A stretch of DNA of 64,000 nucleotides from the human T2T-CHM13v2.0 reference genome, Homo sapiens. This document shows, piece by piece, positions 57,310 to 64,000 of the stretch (position 1 is its first letter; every line of letters begins with the position of its first letter). The notes beneath the pieces were generated by a model. The model searched no databases. It was not told the origin of the DNA and was given only the letters and a program-made list of their open reading frames with translations. Where the stretch lies: assembly GCF_009914755.1 (NCBI RefSeq), contig NC_060944.1; one strand, 5' to 3'. The translations under genes were made by a program, and so were the position numbers.

Positions 57310-58200
57310 CCCTCCCCAGCGCCGCTCCGCGGCCCCTGCCCCAGGGCTGGTCGGGGAGCCACTGCCCTCGCAGGTCCCGCCCGGGTGCTGCCCCCGCGCC
57401 CCCGGCCGCCCCCCACCGGGGCGGGGCGCGCGGAGGCGGGGGCGCGCTGGCGGCCGAGGCGGCGGCGGCGGCGGCGAAGGCAGGCGGGCCGGGCGCGTGT
57501 CCGCGGCGCCGTGACTCGGCGGCTCCGCAGCGGCTGCAGCGGGAGGACCCGGCCGGAGCCGCCGCCGCCGCCGCCATCGCAGCCGGGCGGCCGGGCCCCG
57601 CCGCCGGGATGCCGAGGAGCCGGGGCGGCCGCGCCGCGCCGGGGCCGCCGCCGCCGCCGGGCCAGGCCCCGCGCTGGAGCCGCTGGCGGGTCCCTGGGCG
57701 GCTGCTGCTGCTGCTGCTGCCCGCGCTCTGCTGCCTCCCGGGCGCCGCGCGGGCGGCGGCGGCGGCGGCGGGGGCAGGGAACCGGGCAGCGGTGGCGGTG
57801 GCGGTGGCGCGGGCGGACGAGGCGGAGGCGCCCTTCGCCGGGCAGGTGGGGCTGGCGCGCGGGGCCGGGGCGCGGGCTCGGGGCATCCGGGCAGGGCGGG
57901 GGGCGGCACCGGGGACGGGCCTGGGCCGGGCCGCACCTACTGCCGAGGTCGCGGAGGCGGCGCGCCGGGGGTCCGCGCCTTGGGTCCGGGCTGGCGCGGC
58001 CCAGGGCGGGGGCTGGGGAGGGCCTCGCCGAGGGCCGCCGAGGCCGGGAGCTGCTTCAGCACCGCGGACAGGGGCAGCGGGCGGGGGCCGAGCACGAGGG
58101 TCGGGTTTGTTGTGTTGGCAGTGGGGTGTGTGGCCTGCATGACTATGTGCGAGGGAAACCGTACAACGCCTCGGAGTAAATAGTAAGCGCAGCCAGTCTG
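57310..58200. promoter_or_regulatory. MMP24: MMP24 CpG-island promoter and 5' UTR with (GGC)n and (GCC)n tracts
   Basis: Extremely GC- and CpG-rich; GC boxes GGGGCGGGG at ~57418-57427; trinucleotide tracts at ~57458-57476 and ~57558-57575. Confidence 0.88.
57609..57845 (+). CDS. MMP24: MMP24 (MT5-MMP) coding exon 1: signal peptide and start of the propeptide
   Basis: MPRSRGGRAAPGPPPPPGQAPRWSRWRVPGRLLLLLLPALCCLPGAARAAAAAAGAG...EAPFAGQ; 237 nt; phase-0 donor CAG|GTGGGG at 57845/57846. Intron 1 runs off the window. Confidence 0.96.
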
Positions 58201-60743
58201 TTGTGGGTTGGGAGAAGAAACCGAGGATGTTCAAGCTGGAGAAGGGGGAGGGGGAGGGCGGAGGAAGGACTCGATCACTGTCTTCGTAGCTGAAGGGCTG
58301 TCAGGTGGAGGTAGGATAGACTTGTTCTAGCTTGGCCCCACAGGGCAGAACTAGGGCCAGCGGGAGTGGGGGTTGCAAGAAGACAAATTTGGGCTCGATA
58401 TAGGAAGAAGTTTGTAACAATTGGAGCTGCTCAACCAGCTTAGGAGGCGGCGAGCTGCTCATCACTGGCATGTGCAAGTAAAAGCTCTCGGAGGGGATTG
58501 GATGGAGGCATGCATAATGCTTGCATGGATGCATACATCATCATCACAATAATGCCAGCTAGCATTTACTGAACACTCACTATGTGCCAGGCCTGGTGCT
58601 ATGTTTTATACGAATTATCCAATTCAATCCTCATAACTACTCTATGAAATAGCTGCAATTATTATCCCCATTTTACAGATGGGGATACAGACTCAAAGAG
58701 CTTAAGTAACTTGCCCAAGGTCACACAGCTAGTGAGTGATGGAATTGGAATTCTAACCTAGGCAGGCTGACTCTAGTCTCCCCTTATTTACCCATGACCT
58801 TATCCTATATCTCATGGGGGGTGCAGTTGGACTAATTTCTCTAGTATCTTCCAACCTAGAGGACTGCAATATTCTAATAAATGATGTTGGGACAATGGTG
58901 TTTTGCTGAGGAAAATCAGAGTGATAGCCTCGCCACCCTAAGAGATGGAGTATATTTGTTGAAGCAGGCAGTCTGTTTGTTTAGAAGAATCTGCCTCAAG
59001 AGATATTCTTAATTGGGCATGGAGCTCAGGGGGTCATACGTGCACTGAAATTGCGTACAAATTTGTAAGTGCAAATGTGTGTATTTCTAGGCGAGGACCC
59101 CTAGATTTCTTCAGCCTCTCAAAGGGTTACAGGTTCCACAAAACAACAAAAAAGATATGGTGTGTAAAAGAACCTTTAGTGCCAGTTGGCAGTTGTCCTC
59201 CAAAGATTTTATAATTGCTGGTTGACTTGTTGTGGAAACTTTGCTTAGCCTCTTTGTGTTTTCACATGTGTTTTATCACATGTTAAAGTAATGCATTTCC
59301 TAAGTTTATACCCTAGAAGAAAGATTGCTTTAGACTGCCTGAGTGCACAGGATGAGGTGGAAAGACCCTGGCCTGGGATTAAGGAGGCCTGGGCTCTGAT
59401 CTGACCTTGGCCCCCATTGGTTTGTGTGACCTTGAGCCATTTCCTTGCCCTCTCTAGGCTTGAATTTCACCATGTCTAACATAAAGAGATAGAGCTAGAC
59501 AATCTCAACTCTGAAACTTTTTTATTCCTACAATATTTCAAGCATTAAGAGGAAGCTAGTCCTTACCTGTATCAGTTTTATAGGCTTTGATTATTCCACC
59601 TCTTAGCCTTTGTCTTTTTAAACTTAAGTTTCCCCCTATGACACGAGACCCCTAGAATAGCCACACTCATTCTCTGGGTCATTTTAGTTGTCCTTTTCTA
59701 GATACCTTTTGGCCCTAATTTTCAATAGATGTCAACTTGACCATTGTCTCCAGATACAGGACCCTACGGTTTTGCATAAAGGAAGGTTGGTTTCTTCTTT
59801 GCTCTCCTGGTCCCATCCTGCTTCCCCCTTCCCTCTGTCAGCTTTCCTGATCTCAACACACTAGGCCACTGCCTTTAGGGAACAATCTATAATAGCTCCC
59901 GGAGCCTTTTCCTGGGTCAAAACTGATAGCCTGGAACACAACACCCTGTATGTGGATTATTTTTATCGGAGTGCATTACCTTACATTTCTCCACCTTGAC
60001 GTTTGTCTGCCATCTTGCATTGCACTCAGTAACTTCCTTCAAGCATTCGCTCACTCTCTCTCTCCCTTCCTCCACCTCTTCCTCCTTCCTTCTCTTTTGG
60101 CATAGCATTTCCCTGTCTGAAAGGGCTTAATATGATCTGAAGTCTTGAAATTTTCACTTTGCTATATTTCTTCTGGATCACTTATAAAAAATTTAAGTGA
60201 GACAGGTCCCAGCATGGTCTCTTGGGGCCCCCTGCACTCTTAATCCCCTTTCATTCACGGAAGTGACCATTTATATCTATCTATTGTTTTCTAAGTGACA
60301 AAAACATCATCCTTAATTTGACAATGACTCCATTTTAAATGTCTAATACATTGTCCAAAACTTCCTGAAAGATAGACAAATTATATCCACTGCTTCTCTC
60401 AATAATTTGTGCCTAATTATCCTTTCACTGAACACTAGGGGATCACTTGATTGACACCTTATAGAAATATTGTTGCTTTTAAGCCGGCAGATAATATTGC
60501 TTACTCCTCTTTCTGTCTTTTAAGCCCTCTGGAGTCTGTCTCCACCCTACCCCTCCATTAGCAGGCCATATTTCCCACTGCTTATTGATAACGCATCCTT
60601 ACTCGACAAGCTCATCTCTCCTTTACCCTTAGACAGGCTGCCCATATTTCTCTGGACATTGTCACATAGTTACTTCTGCACCCCTACCCGTTCATTTGAA
60701 ACCTTTCCTTAAAGTTTCAGCTCAAGCCCTGCTTCTCCAATAA

Positions 60744-61087
<344 letters not shown>

Positions 61088-62717
61088 TGATCCACCTTCC
61101 TCAGCCTCCCAAAGTGCTGGGATTATAGGTGTGAGCCACCGTGCCCAGCCCTATTTATTTTTTAATAGTTAAACATTATTTTTGGGGAGAGGAAGGTTGG
61201 TTCTTAGGCAAGGCTTTCTTGACCAAAATGTTTTATTTTTTTACATTGAACAAAATCCCTGATTCTCAATGCTCATCATTAAGTATTCAATGAGCAATCA
61301 ATGATTCTACTCTTTATCCTTTATCTCAAAAAGTTACATGGATCTGAAATAGGCACTCATGGGCATGGGGCTCCAAGCCCCCTTCTAAAACCCTTCTTAG
61401 AGATGGGACTCATTGCCAACTTGTACTTTCTTCGGTAGAAATCAAGCCTATTCCTTTTGGCAGTGGTTCCACAAGCTCACCCTTGAGTTCCTTCAGAACT
61501 CTTTAGGTAGTCTTCTAATGGTAGTGGCATCAATAGAAAGAAATTGAGAGATAACCGTGACCTTAGAGATCACCCAGTACCTACTACAGCACTTACTAGA
61601 TACTTCTTTAATTGAGTTGCCCAAGGGCACAGAACGTGATAGTAGATGATTCGGAACTACTGTAGAACTTTTCCTAGTTCTCCTGATTTCTAAATTGAAA
61701 GCATTTTTCATCATCATTGATTTTTCATTTCGTATCTATGATCTTTCATTACCAAGCCAAAAAATTTTTTTATTCAGTCTATCTTCTCCTTTGCTTTATT
61801 TTTCTCCACACCCCACAACCCCCGACCCCTTGAAGCTCAACAAACAGGATCCTATGCTTTCTTTAGTCTTTCTTTTTTATCTTACACATCAAGAGGTCCC
61901 ACTGATTCTCTAACTGGCTTCCTTCATTTGATTTATTAAAAGCACCACTTCTCTTATTTGCTGAGTAGAATGCTCCTCAAATACTTTTCTGGCCTTCCTA
62001 GTTTCCAACTTGATTCTGAGGAAGATCAGAACAGGATGAAAGAGACAAGTCAATTATCACAGGCCACATGAATAAGTAACAGAGTGTGACTCCTAGACCC
62101 AGGACTTATGGATTCCTGCCCTTGAGACTGGTTTTGAGTGGTTTGTGCTGAGGAGATGGAGAACAGTCTTTGGTTTGAAACTGTAGTCAAGGAAGATTGA
62201 CCCCGAATGATTGGAGGGGTAAGAGAGTGACCTACTAAGAAGCACCAACGTATTCCCAAATCAAAATATTCTTTCACTGTGATCATGGCCTCCAGTATAT
62301 CTTCATTCTTGTCTGGAAAAAAAAAACTCACTATTAGGAAGTTTTCCCTTTTACATAAGCTGGATCTAGTCTACTGTATTTTTAATTCATTTTCTCTTAT
62401 TTTTACTGTGGGGTTTCATATTACTTTAATAGCTGTTTATATTTGTAAGGTGCTTTGCACTTCCCATATGCCATGTATGTGGCCCTATTTGGTCCTGGGA
62501 ACAATACCATGAGGTAGATAAGGAAGACATTGTCCTCATTTTATAGGTGAGTAAAAGGAGACTCAAAGATGATGTGAATTGCCTATCATCTTGTCTAAGG
62601 ACCCACACATAGCTCATAAACATTAAAGCAGGCCAGGCATGGTGGCTCACACCTGTAATCCCAGCACTTTGGGAGGCCGAGGCAGGTGGATCACCTGAGG
62701 TCAGGAGTTTGAGACTA

Positions 62718-63044
<327 letters not shown>

Positions 63045-64000
63045 CTACTCTGGTCCTTGAAAGAGGTATTTTTAGAACTAATAAAAGTAAATTATAATTG
63101 TACCCAAAAGACTAATCTTAGGAAATGCCTAGCCCTATAGTATGGTATTGTTTGAACTCAAAACAGGAAGAACAAACCACAGCCAATATCTCCTCAGTAC
63201 CTAGCACAGTGCATGATACATTCTGGACATGTGATAAATATTTTAAAATTAATTTTGTTATCTAATCCCCATCAACTTCTTTGAATAGTGCTTGGCACAC
63301 AAAAGTCGCTACCTTTTGTGAAGAATAAATGAATGCATGCTAGAGGTATAACAAGGTGCCGGGAAGCACCGAAGAGGGAGGAGATGAGGTTCCCCAGTTG
63401 AGGTTCGGGAAGCCAGAGAATGCTTCAGGAAGAAGGTGGTATCTGAGATGAACCTTTGAGGGAGGAGAATGATGGAGAAGGGTGAGTGGGGCAGTCCAGG
63501 CAGAATAAAAAATATGAACCATGGCTCCACAAAAATGCATGGCATGTTTAGGAAACAGTGGATAATTTGATGTGCCTGAATCATCAAGTTACTTGCTGTT
63601 TCCAGTAAGAGTGTATAAGGAGAAGAGGCTGGAGAGGGAGACTGAGAGCAGATTGTGCATTTGGCTTTTGTCCAAAGGCTGAGGGGAGTCATTAAAGGTT
63701 TCTGAGCAGAGGAGCGACCTGCTCAGAGCCATGTTGAGGAAGTGGAGGGACTGGAGTTTGTTCCTGAGTTGTTCTGGCTGCTGGCTCCTGCCCTGAATGC
63801 TTTTAAGCTTTCTTAGCACAACTTAGGGGCGAGTACTCATTTTAGGGCTCAAGTGACCCGCCCACCTTGGCCTCCCAAAGGGCTTACAGGCATGAGCCCT
63901 GGCCTTGCCTGTTAGCAGTAATTTAAAGACTCAATTCTATGCCACAAACACTTACGAGGCATAAAGGGCACCAAAAGTACTTGGCCAGAAAGTCAGGAGT

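Noticed and set aside
57295-58234. Overlapping long ORFs (213, 264 and 317 aa) at the MMP24 CpG island
   Set aside because: Expected from stop-codon scarcity in very GC-rich DNA; only the frame from 57609 matches a known protein.

Overview
Human (primate) genomic DNA, very Alu-rich, which I recognise as the chr20q11.22 PROCR-MMP24 interval. It holds the complete 4-exon PROCR gene (endothelial protein C receptor, 238 aa, + strand, CDS 2924-7582) and the CpG-island first exon of MMP24 (MT5-MMP, CDS 57609-57845, continuing beyond the window). The ~49 kb between them is mostly repeats: an MT1 metallothionein retrocopy with an open 58-aa ORF, a 5S rRNA pseudogene, MER11, LTR19-like and MST solo LTRs, a full-length Tigger1, several L1s and dozens of Alus. 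Nearly all ORFs in the supplied track are Alu, L1 or low-complexity artefacts. I found no evidence of a new multi-gene system. The best leads are: (i) two sequence-encoded routes to a transmembrane-less, soluble EPCR (an intra-exon-4 intron and a distal Alu-terminated exon at ~46.7 kb); (ii) the MT retrocopy keeping all 20 Cys; (iii) a short poly-Pro allele and an in-frame near-cognate start in MMP24; (iv) fossil DNA-repair and retrotransposition events readable at base level (an Alu-Alu tandem duplication, two templated insertions, and 5S-L1 and L1-L1 chimeras). Repeat subfamily names and variant IDs come from memory and need database confirmation.
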